A stretch of 64,000 nucleotides of DNA from NCBI GenBank assembly GCA_964016885.1, contig OZ024757.1, forward strand, positions 41,664,001 to 41,728,000, in the 5' to 3' direction. Positions 12,291 to 25,860 of the stretch are shown in pieces. This stretch comes from Eledone cirrhosa. Lineage: Eukaryota. How positions within the stretch are numbered: position 1 is the stretch's first letter; each line of letters starts with the position of its first letter. The position numbers and the translations under genes are program-made. The notes under the pieces were generated by a model that worked only from the letters and a program-made list of their open reading frames with translations, did not search any database and was not told the DNA's origin.

Positions 12291-13272
12291 GGCATGGCTG
12301 TGTGGTTAGGGTGCCGGGCTTGCAATCATGAGGTTGTGAGTTCGATTCTTGGACCAGGCTTTGTGTTGTGTTCTTGAGCAAGACACTTTATTTCATATTG
12401 CTCCAATTCACTCATCTGTAGAAATGTGTTGTGATGTCACTGGTGCCAAATTGTATTGGCCATTGCCTTTCCCTTGGACAACATAATATATAGTGTATAT
12501 AGTGAGTATAGAGTGTATATATACAGTATAATGTATATAGAGAGTATATAGTATATATATATATATATATAGAAATGTGTTGCGATGTCACTGGTGCCAA
12601 ACTGTATTGGCCATTGCCTTTCCCTTGGACAACATAATATAGAGTGTATATATAGTGTGTATATAGAGTGTATATAGAGTATATATAGAGTATATATAGT
12701 GTATATATAGTGTATATATACAGTATAATGTATAGAGAGTGTATATATAGAGAATTTGCTGTAACGTCATTGGTGCCAAGCTGTATCAGCCATTGCCTTT
12801 CCCTTGGACAACATCGTATATGGTGTATATAGTGTATATATTAAGTATAGAGTGTATATATAGAGTATATATACTGTATAATGTATATATAGAATATATA
12901 GTGTATATATAGAGAGAGAGAGAATTTGTTGCGATGTCACTGGTGCCAAACTGTATTGGCCATTACCTTTCCCTTGGACAACATCATATATAGTGTATAT
13001 AGATACTGTACAAAGTGTATATATAATTTATATATATAGTGCATATATAGTCTATATATACTGTATATATATTGTAATGTCACTGGTGCCAAGTTGTATC
13101 AGCGTTAGTCTTCCCTTGGACAACATCAGTGGCATGGTGAAAGGGGGCTGGTATGTATGGTTGATGCTGGTGTTCCACAAACAACCTTGCCCAGACTTGT
13201 GTCTCGAAGGGAAACTTTCTAGGTGCAAATCCCATGGGCCTTCTTGACCGAAGGGGGTCTTTACCTTTTTTA
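12291..13272 (+). mobile_element. tRNA-derived SINE family C with five copies of an internal 65-bp module separated by TA-rich spacers
   Basis: A box TGGCTGTGTGG, B box GTTCGATTC; modules at 12420, 12571, 12751, 12921 and 13072; unique tail ending GGGGGTCTTTACCTTTTT. Confidence 0.85.
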
Positions 13273-13277
13273 TATAC

Positions 13278-13329
<52 letters not shown>

Positions 13330-13394
13330 AATGGCTTCTACAGGGCTAGAACTGTTTTATTAGGGAGAAATCATCAAGAAGCCGACAGTCCAAG

Positions 13395-13431
<37 letters not shown>

Positions 13432-13435
<4 letters not shown>

Positions 13436-13730
13436 AAAGGTAAACAGAAATAACAACACAATCGGTACAGTAAATGGAAGGGATATATTAGGTTAACGCT
13501 TGATATAGCAGGAAGAGGGTCTTAACGTTTCGGACGCTAGTCCTTCATCAGAAGAAAGAATGAGAAATAAAATAGATTGAGGAGACTGGCGGGTTGGAAT
13601 TGGAAAAAATGTCTTTAGATAAAAATAACAGATCCATTCATGTTGACATCTCTTGGAAAACTGTTGGTGCTGGGGATTTGTGTATGATTTGTTCTTTAGA
13701 AAAGTGGATGATGGCGCGCGTCTACCTGAA
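13432..13730 (-). mobile_element. Penelope-like element 3' end, family H1: degraded ORF end, hammerhead and tail
   Basis: Intact hammerhead at 13519-13555; upstream frameshifted SKEQIIHK/STNSFPRDVN resembles the end of a GIY-YIG domain; flanked by (TA)n. Confidence 0.7.
13519..13555 (-). ncRNA. Minimal type I hammerhead ribozyme, intact core
   Basis: TCTT-CTGATGA-A-GGAC-tagc-GTCC-GAAAC-GTT-AAGA. Confidence 0.85.
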
Positions 13731-14048
13731 ATATATATATATATATGCAAAAGGCAAACAGAAATAACAAATCAAATGACACAGTGAAGAAATACACACA
13801 CACATATACACACATACATATATACACACATATACACACACACATATACACACACTCATATACACACATATATACACACATACATACACATATACACACA
13901 CACATATACACATACATATGCACACATACATATACACACACATATACACACACACATACACACATTTGTGAAATATAAATATATGCGACACAGTGAAATA
14001 AATTGATAGAATTATATTAAAGAGGGTAAAGTATTTTATTTATTGTTC

Positions 14049-14330
14049 CTCCACCACCACCACCCTGTCCACCCACCACCCCACCACCACCCTGTCCGCC
14101 CACCACCCACCACCCCACCACCACCCTGTCCACCCACCACCCCACCACCACCATCACCACACCACCACCACCACCACCAACACCACCACCACCATCACCA
14201 CCACCACCACCATCACCACCATCACCACCACCACCACCACCACCACCACCACCAACACCACCATCACCACACCACCACCACCACACCACCACCACCACCA
14301 CCACCACCACCACCACCACCACCACCACCA
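14049..14330. repeat. (CAC)n microsatellite
   Basis: Direct reading. Confidence 0.95.
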
Positions 14331-14842
14331 TTGTTAGTCTAATACATTCATTACATGAAACAGTCAGCTTTTGACTATAGAAAAACAACAATGTTTCAGT
14401 TTTAAAATTATGTTAGAAATTCAGGCGAGAAAACAATTAATGTGAGTTATTTTCCCCCTGGAGAGGAAACCAGGAGGAACTGGTTTGTTTAGTAAGTTTT
14501 GACAGTGTTATAAAAACTAACTTAATCTTTTACTAATATTTCTAATGAGAAAATGGTGGACATATAATGGCTGCTATACTCTCCTGATAATTGTCGTTAG
14601 GGTTTGGGTTAATTATCGTAATTATTCTTTGTGAGTGGTTGGACAGGATGGTGGGGTGGTGGGATGGGTAAGTGGTGAGATTGTGGAGTGAGTGGTTGGT
14701 TGCATGTTTAGGTGAGTGTGTGGTTGGTTTGGTTTGGTAGAGACATTTATTTAAATTTTAAAAGATGGATATATATATATATATCGATGCAGTAAAAACC
14801 TGTTAGACCATTGCTCACACGAGTACTTGATATTTGTGGTAG

Positions 14843-14874
<32 letters not shown>

Positions 14875-14877
14875 TAT

Positions 14878-15214
14878 GGAGGCACATGGCTTAGTGGTTA
14901 GAGCATTGGCCTTGCAATCGAAAGGTTGTGAATTCTCAGCTCGGGTGATGTGTTGTTTCCTTGAGCAAGACACTTTATTTCACATTGCTCCAGTTTACTC
15001 AGCTGTAGAAATGAGATGATAGGGACTGGGGTCCATATCATTCCACTGTAAAGTGGTCGTGGAGGTGCCACAGCAAAAAAGCACCCAGCACTCACTGTAA
15101 ATGAGGTTGGTGTTAGGAAGGGCATCCAGCTGTAGAAATGAAGCCAGAATCAGTTCTCGTCCCACCCTTGCAAGCAGGGAAAAGCGGGCGTAAAATGAAA
15201 TGATGATGATGAAA

Positions 15215-15218
<4 letters not shown>
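14878..15218 (+). mobile_element. tRNA-derived SINE family A, full-length, with R1 LINE tail
   Basis: Head GGAGGCACATGGCTTAGTGGTTAGAGCATTGGCCTTGCAATCGAAAGGTTGTGA.., core GGTTGGTGTTAGGAAGGGCATCCAGCTGTAGAAA, tail CCCACCCTTGCAAGCAGGGAAAAGCGG..(ATG)n. Confidence 0.92.
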
Positions 15219-15254
<36 letters not shown>

Positions 15255-15538
15255 AACAGAAATAACAAAGCAAACAACACAGTACATTGAACAAATATAT
15301 ATATATATACACACACCTATATATATATAAAGAGAGAGTGAGGGAGTGAGAGATAATATATATTTGGATAACAAAGAGAGATAATTGGAGAGAATTTTGT
15401 TAAATGAGGCAAAATAACTGATCTTTTTTTACAATCTGAAATCTAAGAATAAAAGATATTCTGTAAAAACAATTTACTGTTGATATCTTCCAATATCAGC
15501 TATGTTTATGATATTTCAAACTTGTCAGTAATATTGTA

Positions 15539-15575
<37 letters not shown>

Positions 15576-16232
15576 TATAATTACATATATATATATATAA
15601 TTATCTATATGTATATGTATGTATATATATATATGTGTATATATATATATATAAATATATATACATACATACACATATATTCACACACACATATATATAT
15701 ATATAATAGTAATAATAATAATAAATGAGAAGACTAAAATATTTTTTTCCTCAGGTTCAACCAATTGAAATGTTTCCTTTTCTCTACATTTTATTTTATT
15801 TTATTTTATTTTGTTTTTTATTTTACATTTTATTTTATTTTACTTTATTTTTATTTTTATCCAATTACGTTTCCTGATTCCATTCTTTTCGGAATTTCTT
15901 TTCTTTTCCTCGACTATTTTTCTATCACCAACAGATGCCTCATATGGACGATTGAATGGAAATACTGACAAAATATAATCACAACAAAAAAAAAAATTCA
16001 CCCCCACACAAAACAAAAACGAAAAGAAAATCAACAAAACAACATAACAACTTCTCCCCTAAAAAAAATAATAAAAATCCCCCCACACACACAAAAAAGA
16101 AACGACCAAAATCTCTTGCCTCACAGGATCCTTGTTATCTTTAACACTAGTTATCAAAATAATTCTAAATTTCAGTTTATTTCTTTGGGTTTTTTTGTTA
16201 TCATTTTCTCACCTTTTCCTTTTTCTGATCTT

Positions 16233-16272
<40 letters not shown>

Positions 16273-16369
16273 TCCTCTGTCTATCATTTTCTCACCATTT
16301 CCTTCTCTATTTTAACCATTCTCTATTTCAACTCAACACTTTAACCATTCTGCCACCTAAAAAGTGACT

Positions 16370-16635
16370 CCCTGGACCACATTCTTATTCACTGTTATAG
16401 GAGTTGACAGTCTGCCACAGGTGCAAGTCCCAGTAACAGTGGAGACTTTCAGCATTCTTGGCCCCTGGACTACATCCCTACTTACTGCTATCAGAACAGA
16501 GTTGGTTGCTTCTGACAGGACCTGCTGGAAGGAGTGTTAGAGGTCTCTGCCCCACCCAGAACCCTCTCAAGAATAAGTGGGCGAAGAAGAAGGCAAAGAA
16601 GGCAAGGAAGAAGAGGGCAAAGAAGAAGGCAAGAA
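16370..16635 (+). mobile_element. Old RTE-like 3' fragment, family R3, with (AAG)-rich tail
   Basis: GTTGCTTCTGACAGGACCTGCTGGAAG (VASDRTCWK) shared with about 32738 and 35042. Confidence 0.6.
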
Positions 16636-17470
16636 ATAAAATAAGAATTCTTCGAAACAAGAAAAACTATGTCAATGTGCAATAAATCGCAGCAATGTCT
16701 CGGTTTATGTTAGATTATGTTGCAATACCGATAAATATATTGACTAAAGATGTGGAAATAAAGAAGGACTGAGTAAATAAAGAGAGAATTAATTTTGACG
16801 AATTCATATTTATATTTCATAGAGAATATTAAAGTTTGGAATTATGTCTGGGAAAAAGCTAACAAATTTTAGGAAATTGATAGGATTTTAAAAATTCGAG
16901 GAGGAGGGGTAGGTGAGGTGGGGTGGGTCTGGTGTTGAGGGTGGGGTGTTGAGGGTGGCTAAAAAAGTACGAAATCAATTTAAAAAATAGAAACAGAATT
17001 TTTGTTGGTTTTGTTTCTGTTGTTGTTTTGTTTTAGTTGAGTAGGGAAGTTGTTTTGTTTTGTTTTTTTTCAAAAATTAAATAAGTGAATTTAAAATTTT
17101 TTGATAGTGTTATTTTGTGTATGGAGAGAGAGAATATGAAGAGAGAGAGAGGGAGAAAGTGAGAAAGAATATGAGGAGAGAAAGAGAGAGAGAGAACAGG
17201 AGACAAAGAGAGAATGTGTAGAGTGTTAGAAAGAGAGAGAGAGAATGTACAGTGTTAGAGAGTGAAAGAGTGAGTGAGAGTGTATAAAGTTTAGAGTGTC
17301 ATGGAGAGAATAAATTATTATTTAGAATAATAATTTAGTTATTGTTATATAATAGAATATTTTAATCATTGTAAAAATATTTTTCATTTAATTATTATCA
17401 ACTATGATACAATAGTGAGAGTAATACACACACATACACACACACATATATATACATATATATATATATA

Positions 17471-17815
17471 ATAAAAGGATGATTTGTTATGTCTTCATTA
17501 TGTTTACTGATGGGTGTTTCGCTATTGATCGGCTAAAGGTTCGATCTGTATCGATCTAGTCCGACTCTGAAATGAAAAGCTCGTTGGACCTCTGCTTTTG
17601 ATTCCAGAATCAGGCAAGATCGATACAGATCAAACCTTTAGCTGATCAATAGCGAAACACACGTCACTACTCAATAAATGTAATGAAGACATAACAAATC
17701 GTCCTTTTATTATATTTACACTCTGCTTAGTTCTACACCTCTATACCGACTGAAAACTACACATTGAGTGCTCACTCGGGTGCACCTACAGTACTGGACG
17801 TTACACCCACTAGAT
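17471..17815 (+). mobile_element. Fold-back element family H2 (inverted arms 17471-17580 and 17594-17710, plus distal tail)
   Basis: Arms pair over about 110 bp; GAAAC-acac-GTC half core near 17654; TTGAGTGCTCA at 17764. Confidence 0.8.
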
Positions 17816-18245
17816 GTATGTGTGCCTAGGCAGTATCGGTAGAGCGTCAAACAACATGCTGTGCAGCATATAAGAAACCATTATTATTATTATCATTATT
17901 AAAATAAATGATAAATAAAAAAAAAATAATAATAAAGAAATCATTATTATTATTATTATTTTACAAAAAAATCACACTTTTTGCAAAATTTCAATTTATT
18001 ATAACTTGACATATTGATAATATTTAACAGATAGACTTTATCTCTCCATCCCTCTCCCCCTTCCTCCCCTCCCCCCTTTTTTTCCTATAAACTACTTTTT
18101 TGTTAAATTACTGTAATAAATAAAACTTCCCATTAAGAGACGACCATTTTTCTAAGGCTAATTAAACATTTTTACTTATTCAAGAAATTACTTTATGTAT
18201 ATATATTTTTTTTTTCCTTATTTTTTTTATTCCGTCGTTCTTCTT

Positions 18246-18276
<31 letters not shown>

Positions 18277-18564
18277 AAGTCTATTTTCAAAATTGTCAAA
18301 ATTCTGACACATTTCAATTTGTTTGTTTTTGTTATTTTATGTTGATTTTTTTTTTATATTCTTTCTTTCCTGTCTTTAAATTATTATTATCATCACCACC
18401 ACTACCATCATCATCATCATAATTTCTACAATCATCATCATCATAATAATAGTTATCATCAACCTCACCCACACCATCATCATCACCATCATCATCACCA
18501 TCATAATCATCATCACCATCATTACTACTACCATCATCATCAATTACATCAATATATATATATC

Positions 18565-18710
18565 AGGATTAAACCAGTTTTAAACTAGTAAGACTATTAT
18601 TTAGCAAAGTACTCAATACTTGGGATGGTGTGACTATATTAGAGAGAGTCAGGGCCCGACGGCTGAGCTCTTGCCACTTCAACAGCTAGTTCTGGCCTCA
18701 ACTCTTTCTT
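18565..18710 (-). mobile_element. Diverged relative of family H4
   Basis: AAAGTACTCAATACTT.GG and CCCGACGGCTGAGCTC shared with H4; terminal imperfect hairpin. Confidence 0.6.
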
Positions 18711-18772
18711 ATATATATATATATATATATGTATCACTCTTTACTTTCTATTTATCTTCTATTTCTATCTCT

Positions 18773-18810
18773 GTCTTCTGATGAAGAACTAGTGTTCGAA
18801 ACGTTAAGAT
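18773..18810 (+). ncRNA. Minimal type I hammerhead ribozyme, intact core (family H1 copy 18730-18897)
   Basis: GTCTT-CTGATGA-A-GAAC-tagt-GTTC-GAAAC-GTT-AAGAT; stem II shows a compensatory change relative to the other two copies. Confidence 0.85.
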
Positions 18811-18903
18811 TATCTTCCCTCTATTTCAAGCATTAAACTAATATATTAATATATTTCTTCCATGTACTGTCCCGTTTGTTTTGTTTACCTTTTACATATA
18901 TAT

Positions 18904-19082
18904 ATCATCATCATTTAACGTCCATCTTCCACGTTAGCATGAGTTAGACGGTTTTGTTCCATTAGATGCGGGAATGGTCAGGAGACCATGTCTCGCTCGC
19001 ACAGAAGCATTTCTGGCAGGGTTTTTTTTTACAGCTGGATGCCCTTCCTAACACCAACCACATTTACAGTGTGGACTGGGAA
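18904..19082 (-). mobile_element. Truncated SINE, same subfamily as 5105-5260
   Basis: Reverse-complement similarity over core, middle and tail. Confidence 0.85.
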
Positions 19083-19915
19083 CCATATATATAATTATAT
19101 ATAGTAATAATAGTAATATTTATACTTATATATGTTTTATATACCATTACAAATATGGAGGGTAGTACTAAGTACCAGCCAGTTACTGGTAGGAGAAAAG
19201 GCTCAATACATATTAGCAAATGTATTACAGAGCCGAGATACAAAATATTAAAACAATTAAATGTATTAAACTAAGATTTGATTGTTTTAATATTTTGTAT
19301 GTATGTATATATATATATATACACACACACATATATACATCTACATATAGATAGATATCATCTCATTACTATAATTTGTTGCTCATTTTTATCTCTCTGT
19401 GAAGATTTCTGTTTGTGGGTTTTTTTTATTCTTGTGGTTGTTTTTTTCCATATTGCTGACAGCAATTCCACTGAAACTGATCGTGTCTCACTTTATTTAA
19501 AATATTCTGACAGCTTTAAATAATCAACGATTACCTCAGTCATATTTTATTTCATTAAATAATTATATTTATTTCTTCTTCACTAATGTTTTAGCTCTGT
19601 TTCTATTACACAGTTTTATAGAAAAAAATATATATATATATATATTCTTCTATAAATTTTTTTCCAAAGCAGTTTGTGTATCTCTTTGAACAAACATGTG
19701 TTGCTAGTCAAGAAGGTCTTTATATACGTTGGTTGACTGAAAGAAGTGTTGGCTGACTATGAAAGAGTGATGCTAGAGCTATGAAATATTCCATGCATTA
19801 ATTTCAACTCTTCTTATTAATGCATTGTTTTTTTACCGGGACTATGTTAAAAAAATAAACCTCATTTGGTCATTCCATGAGAGTATCTAGAGCTGTGAAA
19901 ACTTCCATTCATTAA

Positions 19916-20253
19916 CCCTTTAGTATTTACACTACTCTATATTTACTTTTATATTTTCACGGTAAAGTTTTTACCTCAAATAAGTATCTCACATACTGTT
20001 GAATCTATGAGATTTTGATATTATTTGAGAACAATACCTTAACATCAGTATTAGTGGTTGGTTACAGCTGGTTTAAACAGAAAGGGGTGGGAGAATTCTG
20101 ATCGGATACAGCCAGTTGGAACAGAAAGAGGTGAGAGAATTCTGGCCAGATATGGCCAGTTTAAACAGAAAGAGGTGAGAGAATTCTGGCCAGTTTGAAC
20201 AGAAAGAGGTGAGAGAATGCTGGACAGATATGGCCAGTTTAAATGCTAAAGGG
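19916..20253 (-). mobile_element. piggyBac-like MITE (TIR CCCTTTAG(C/T)ATTTA, TTAA on both sides)
   Basis: TTAA-CCCTTTAGTATTTA...TAAATGCTAAAGGG-TTAA; internal ~44-bp repeats; related copies at 50756 and 58184. Confidence 0.85.
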
Positions 20254-21279
20254 TTAAAACCAGCTTCTCCCTCAACTCGTCCAAATTCTGAATTTCTCTC
20301 ACTCTTGTGTCTGAATATATATGTAGGACATTTCACATTAGAAAACATTGATAATTTTAAAACACTTGAAAGATTAAAAATAATTCCTTTGATTTTGCTG
20401 AGTTAGTTGTACTTTAACTTTATAGAAACTGTTTTTATAATTAGTAATCAATATCATTTATTTTAATCTATATATTTTTATTTTTATTCTATTTTATTTA
20501 TATTTATGTTGTTTTTTGTTTGTTTGTTTTTTAATTATCTGGTAAAACCTTGTTAGGAAAATTTCATAATTGTGTTTCAACCTTTTTAGAAGATTACAAT
20601 TTGTTTTATAATTTATTCATCTTATTATAAAACATTTAAAGATTTCTTTAGTGCAGCCGATTAGTAACTTAAGACACAATAGCTCAGACCAAAAGTGATT
20701 TAATAACAACAACAACGAAAATAACAGCAACAACAACAGCAACAGCAACAACAGCAACAACAACAACAATAACAGCAGCAACAACAACAACATCAAAAAT
20801 ACATGTACAAACAATAGCATTAATTGAATTAAGTCTGAATGTGTCAGATGTGGCCTGTGTTAAGAAGAAAGAGAGTTAGGAAGAGGTCAACATAAAAACA
20901 AATAAAAAATAATAGGTATGGGAAGTATCTACCACATGCTCAGTGATTTAGTAAATATATTTCCTAATGTATTAACGTTTGAGGTCAAAGGTCACTAGAA
21001 AGAAATGTCTAACACTATATATTTTTAGAAATTAATTCTTGCTTAGGACATTTTTTCTTATATTCAGAGTTTTTGCGGTCGCATGTTTGTATGTTTTTCA
21101 TTTTTCAAAAACTACATCTAAACCCACTAATATAGGAGATTATCTTTACACAGTTGTATATATATATATATGTATATAGATAGATAGATAGATGTGTGTG
21201 TATGAATGTATATAGATAGATAGATAGATATCTTTTGATAGATAGATATGTCTGTGTGTATATATATATATATGAGTAC

Positions 21280-21412
21280 AGAATTAGCCGTCGAAACGGC
21301 TTGAGCTCAGCCGTCGAGGTCTTACTTACTCCTATTACCCACTCTACTACCCTAAGTATTGAGCACTTTGGTGCGTTATGGTCCACCTGGTTCCTTACCA
21401 CTTTTCCTTCGC
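21280..21412 (+). mobile_element. Family H4 copy with hammerhead 3' half
   Basis: GAAAC(21293)-GGCTTGAGCTCAGCC-GTC(21315), then the shared body. Confidence 0.8.
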
Positions 21413-21451
<39 letters not shown>

Positions 21452-21741
21452 ATATATATGTATGTATAGATAGATGTGTGTATGAATGTATATATATATA
21501 TATATATATGTATAGATAGATGTGTGTGTATGAATGTATATATATATATATATATATTTATATATACAAAGAGAGAGAAAGAGAGAGATAGATGTGTGTG
21601 TTTATGTATATATATGTGTGTGTGTGTGTGTATGTGTGTATGTAGGTATAAATAGACACACAACCATAAGTATGTATTCGCACACGCATATATATGTCAG
21701 CATCACCAGCGATTAACATCGTCTTTCCCTCTAGCAAGGGT

Positions 21742-21798
<57 letters not shown>

Positions 21799-22833
21799 AG
21801 ACATATACATGCATATATACATATATATATACACACACACAGAAGTAATTATATGCTCTTCCTCCACTCTTGCAATCACTATACACACACATACATACAT
21901 ACACACATATATATATATATATACATACATACACACACACATATATATATATATACATACACACATATATACATACATACATATATATATACATATACAT
22001 ACACGCATATATTTATATATACATACACACATATATATATATATACATACACATATATATATATACATACATATATATATATATACATACATATATATAT
22101 ACATATACATACATACACACTTATATATATACATAAACACACACATCTATCTCTCTCTTTCTCTCTCTTTGTATATATAAATATATATATATATATATAC
22201 ACATACACATATATATATATATATATATACACATACACGTATATATAAATATATATATATATACATACACATATATATTTATATATATACATACACACAT
22301 ATATATATACATACATACACACATATATATATACAGACATACACACATATATATATATATACATACATACACACATATATACATACATACACACATATAT
22401 ATATACATACATACACACATATATACATACATACACACACATATATATATATATATATATACATACACACATATATATATATACATACATACACACATAT
22501 ATATATATACATACACACATATATATATATACATACACACATATATATATACATACATATACATATATATATGTAGATTGAGAGAGAAGGCAGAATCAGA
22601 ACATATGTTATATAAACATATGAAGATACTAAAGAGAGAGGGGTGAGTGACGGAAGAGAAAGGGGAGATAATTTAAATAACCCTCTAACCATTCTATTTT
22701 TTTTCACTTCTCAGACAAAGCATCTATCACTTTCTCACACATTGTAATTGTCTGTTTCATTTCATTTTCTCATCTGTAATACCAACATCATAATTTCTAT
22801 GTTTAACATAGTTTCATTAGTCTCTCTCTGCCT

Positions 22834-22885
<52 letters not shown>

Positions 22886-22889
<4 letters not shown>

Positions 22890-23078
22890 AACGAGTAGGG
22901 CCCCAACGGCTGAGCTCAAGCCGTTTCGACGGCTAATTCTGGACTAAAAGAAAAAAGTCGAAACAGCTTGAGCTCAGCCATCGGGGTCCTACTCGTTCCT
23001 ATTACCCACTCTACTACCCTAAGTATTGAGTACTTTGGTGCGTTATGGTCCATCTGGTTCCTTACCACTTTTCCTTCG

Positions 23079-23081
<3 letters not shown>
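22886..23081 (+). mobile_element. Family H4 copy with longer inverted 5' arm
   Basis: 22886-22931 is the reverse complement of about 22957-23001; flanked by (TA)n. Confidence 0.85.
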
Positions 23082-23116
<35 letters not shown>

Positions 23117-23124
23117 ACTTATGT

Positions 23125-23450
23125 ATCATCATCATCATTTCATTTTACGTCCGCTTTTTCCCTGCTTGCAAGGGTGGGACAGGAACTGATTCTGGCTTCA
23201 TTTCTACAGCTGGATGCCTTTCCTAACACCAACCTCATTTACAGTGAGTGCTGGGTGCTTTTTTGCCATGGCACCTCCACGACCACTTTACAGTGGAATG
23301 ATATCATCTCATTTCTACTGCTGAGTAAACTGGAGCAATGTGAAATAAAGTGTCTTGCTCAAGGAAACAACACATCACCCAGTCTAAGAATTGAACTCAC
23401 AACCTTTCGATTGCAAGGCCAATGCTCTAACCACTAAGCCATGTGCCTCC
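23125..23450 (-). mobile_element. SINE family A, full-length
   Basis: Reverse complement of 14878-15218 with a small internal deletion. Confidence 0.92.
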
Positions 23451-23590
23451 ATGTATATAAATAATTATATATATATTTCTGTATATATATAATTATATAT
23501 ATATATATATACTTATGTATGTATGTATATATATATATATACTTATGTATGTATATATATATACTTATGTATGTATATAAATAGATAGAT

Positions 23591-25387
23591 ATTGAGCTTG
23601 CCCTCACAAGTGCTGAGAAGAAAGATGCATGGAAGAGTCATTATGATAGATTACTAAATGAGGAGAATGCATGGGAAGAAGAGACCCTACCCCACGTAGA
23701 CCCTATAGAGGGACCAGCAGTACAAGTCAGCGGCAGCGTAGTAAGTAAGGCAATCAGAGATATGAAGATAGGGAAGGCAACCGGTCCATCGGGTATAGCT
23801 GCCGAGATGCTGAAGGCATCTGGGTCTGTAGGTCACACTATAACCACACGTATCGTTAACCAGGTAATACTAGAGGGGGCCATACCAAAAGATTGGTGCA
23901 GTAGCATCATTGTCAACTGCTACAAAGGTAAAGGCGATGCACTAGATAGAGGAAACTATAGAGGTATAAAGTTGATGGACCAGGTCATGAAAGTAACAGA
24001 AAGAGTTATAGCACAGCTGTTTAGGGACCGGGTGAATATAGACGAGATGCAATTTGGGTTTGTTCCAGGGAAAGGCACCACTGATGCGCTCTTCCTTGTG
24101 AGGCAATTACAGGAAAAGTACCTAGCTAAAAGTAAGCCACTCTACTTGGCATTTGTCGACCTTGAGAAAGCCTTTGACAGAGTTCCACGTGCAGTAATCT
24201 GGTGGGCTCTTAGAAAACTAGGAGTAGATGAATGGCTTGTGAAAGCGGTACAAGCCATGTATAGGGGAGCAGTCAGCAAAGTTAGGATTGGCAATGAGTA
24301 TAGCGAGGAATTTAGCGTACAGGTTGGGGTCCACCAGGGCTCTGTTCTTAGCCCTCTCCTGTTCATCATAGTCCTGCAGGCAATAACGGAGGAGTTTAAG
24401 ACCGGATGCCCATGGGAACTCCTGTATGCTGATGACCTCGCACTCATAGCTGAATCTATGGTAGAACTAGAGAATAAATTCCAAACCTGGAAGCAGGGAC
24501 TAGAGAGAAAGGGCCTCAAAGTCAACATGACAAAGACTAAGGTCCTTATAAGTAGACGAGAAAACAGAACCCAGATCCCCTCAGGGAAATGGCCTTGCTC
24601 AGTATGTAGGAAAGGTGTAGGTAGGAACTCCATTCTTTGCCCCAAATGCAAACAATGGGTACACAAGAGATGTAGCGGGATCTCAGGAAGCTTAATTAAG
24701 AATGTAGGATTCACATGCAGCAGCTGTGCTGAAACAGCAAGCAAACAGCCACAGGAAACAAGTACCACCAATCTCTGGGAGGGCCCTGTAGAAACAGTAG
24801 ACAGCTTCTGCTACCTAGGTGACCGAATTAGCAACGGAGGTGGGTGCTCAGAAAGTACAATAACTAGGGTAAGAACGGGATGGAAGAAGTTTAGGGAACT
24901 ACTACCACTGCTAGCTGCAAAAGGCTTCTCCCTCAGAATGAAAGGCAGACTGTATGATGCGTGTATCCGAACAGCGATGTTGCATGGTAGTGAGACCTGG
25001 GCGCTGAAGGTGGAAGACTTACGTAGATTAGAGAGAAACGAAGTCTGCATGCTCCGATGGATGTGTAACAGTAATATACGTGAACGACAAAGCATAAATG
25101 AATTGAGAGAGAGACTGAGCATAAGAGGAATCAAATGCTGCGTGCAGGAGAGGCGGTTACGCTGGTATGGACATGTGATGCGTATGAAGGATGACAGCTG
25201 CATAAAAAGGTGCAGAGCACTAGAAGTTGATGGAAACCGCGGAGTGGGGAGACCCAAGATGACTTGGGATGAGGTGATAAAAGCCGACCTTACCCAACTA
25301 CACCTCTCAAAGTCAATGACACACGACCGTGACTTCTGGCGTCACGCAGTAATACAGGGTACCCGACCTCCCATGGGTACATGCTGA
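23591..25387 (+). CDS. RTE reverse transcriptase, complete RT domain with embedded PHD-like finger (24596-24727)
   Basis: [48 protein letters not shown] (24425-24436), [14 protein letters not shown]; no internal stop. ATG 23762 is probably not the native start. Confidence 0.93.
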   Translation: MELALTSAEKKDAWKSHYDRLLNEENAWEEETLPHVDPIEGPAVQVSGSVVSKAIRDMKIGKATGPSGIAAEMLKASGSVGHTITTRIVNQVILEGAIPKDWCSSIIVNCYKGKGDALDRGNYRGIKLMDQVMKVTERVIAQLFRDRVNIDEMQFGFVPGKGTTDALFLVRQLQEKYLAKSKPLYLAFVDLEKAFDRVPRAVIWWALRKLGVDEWLVKAVQAMYRGAVSKVRIGNEYSEEFSVQVGVHQGSVLSPLLFIIVLQAITEEFKTGCPWELLYADDLALIAESMVELENKFQTWKQGLERKGLKVNMTKTKVLISRRENRTQIPSGKWPCSVCRKGVGRNSILCPKCKQWVHKRCSGISGSLIKNVGFTCSSCAETASKQPQETSTTNLWEGPVETVDSFCYLGDRISNGGGCSESTITRVRTGWKKFRELLPLLAAKGFSLRMKGRLYDACIRTAMLHGSETWALKVEDLRRLERNEVCMLRWMCNSNIRERQSINELRERLSIRGIKCCVQERRLRWYGHVMRMKDDSCIKRCRALEVDGNRGVGRPKMTWDEVIKADLTQLHLSKSMTHDRDFWRHAVIQGTRPPMGTC

Positions 25388-25693
25388 AGCATATAAACAA
25401 TATGCCCCCCCCCCCCCCCCCCATCGCAAGGTGGTCGTGGAGGTGCCACGGCAAAAAAGCACCCAGCCCACACTGTAAAGTGGACGTGTAGGCGCCACGA
25501 AAAAGCACCCAGCACTCACTGTAAATGAGGTTGGTGTTAGGAAGGGCATCCAGCTGTAGAAATCAAGCCAGATCAGTTCCTGTATGAGCAAGGCATGGTC
25601 AGCCGACCAGACACTGCCCACAACAGGACAACCCGTCTAACCCATGCTAGCGTGGAAGAACGGACGTAAAACGGTGATGATGATGATGATGAT
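23591..25693 (+). mobile_element. 5'-truncated RTE-clade LINE, family R2, with SINE-core-containing 3' region and (ATG)n tail
   Basis: Frame open from about 23591 ([22 protein letters not shown]..) to TGA 25387; no endonuclease domain left; flanked by AT microsatellites. Confidence 0.96.
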
Positions 25694-25787
25694 ATACATA
25701 TACAAATAATCACACAATCATATATATATATATATATATATAAATGTATGTATAGTATATTTGATAATATACTGTATGTTTATTTAT

Positions 25788-25860
<73 letters not shown>

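Noticed and set aside
12420-13126. CRISPR array
   Set aside because: Eukaryotic context, repeats too long and part of a SINE, spacers are related microsatellites, no cas genes.
14878-14950. tRNA genes at SINE heads (also 12291, 34533, 37561, 49000-49390, 60619)
   Set aside because: A and B boxes are present but acceptor and anticodon stems do not pair, and the heads continue into repeat bodies.
24142-25257. Long antisense ORFs over the LINEs (also 272-1222)
   Set aside because: Shadows of the sense RT frame with no recognisable domain.
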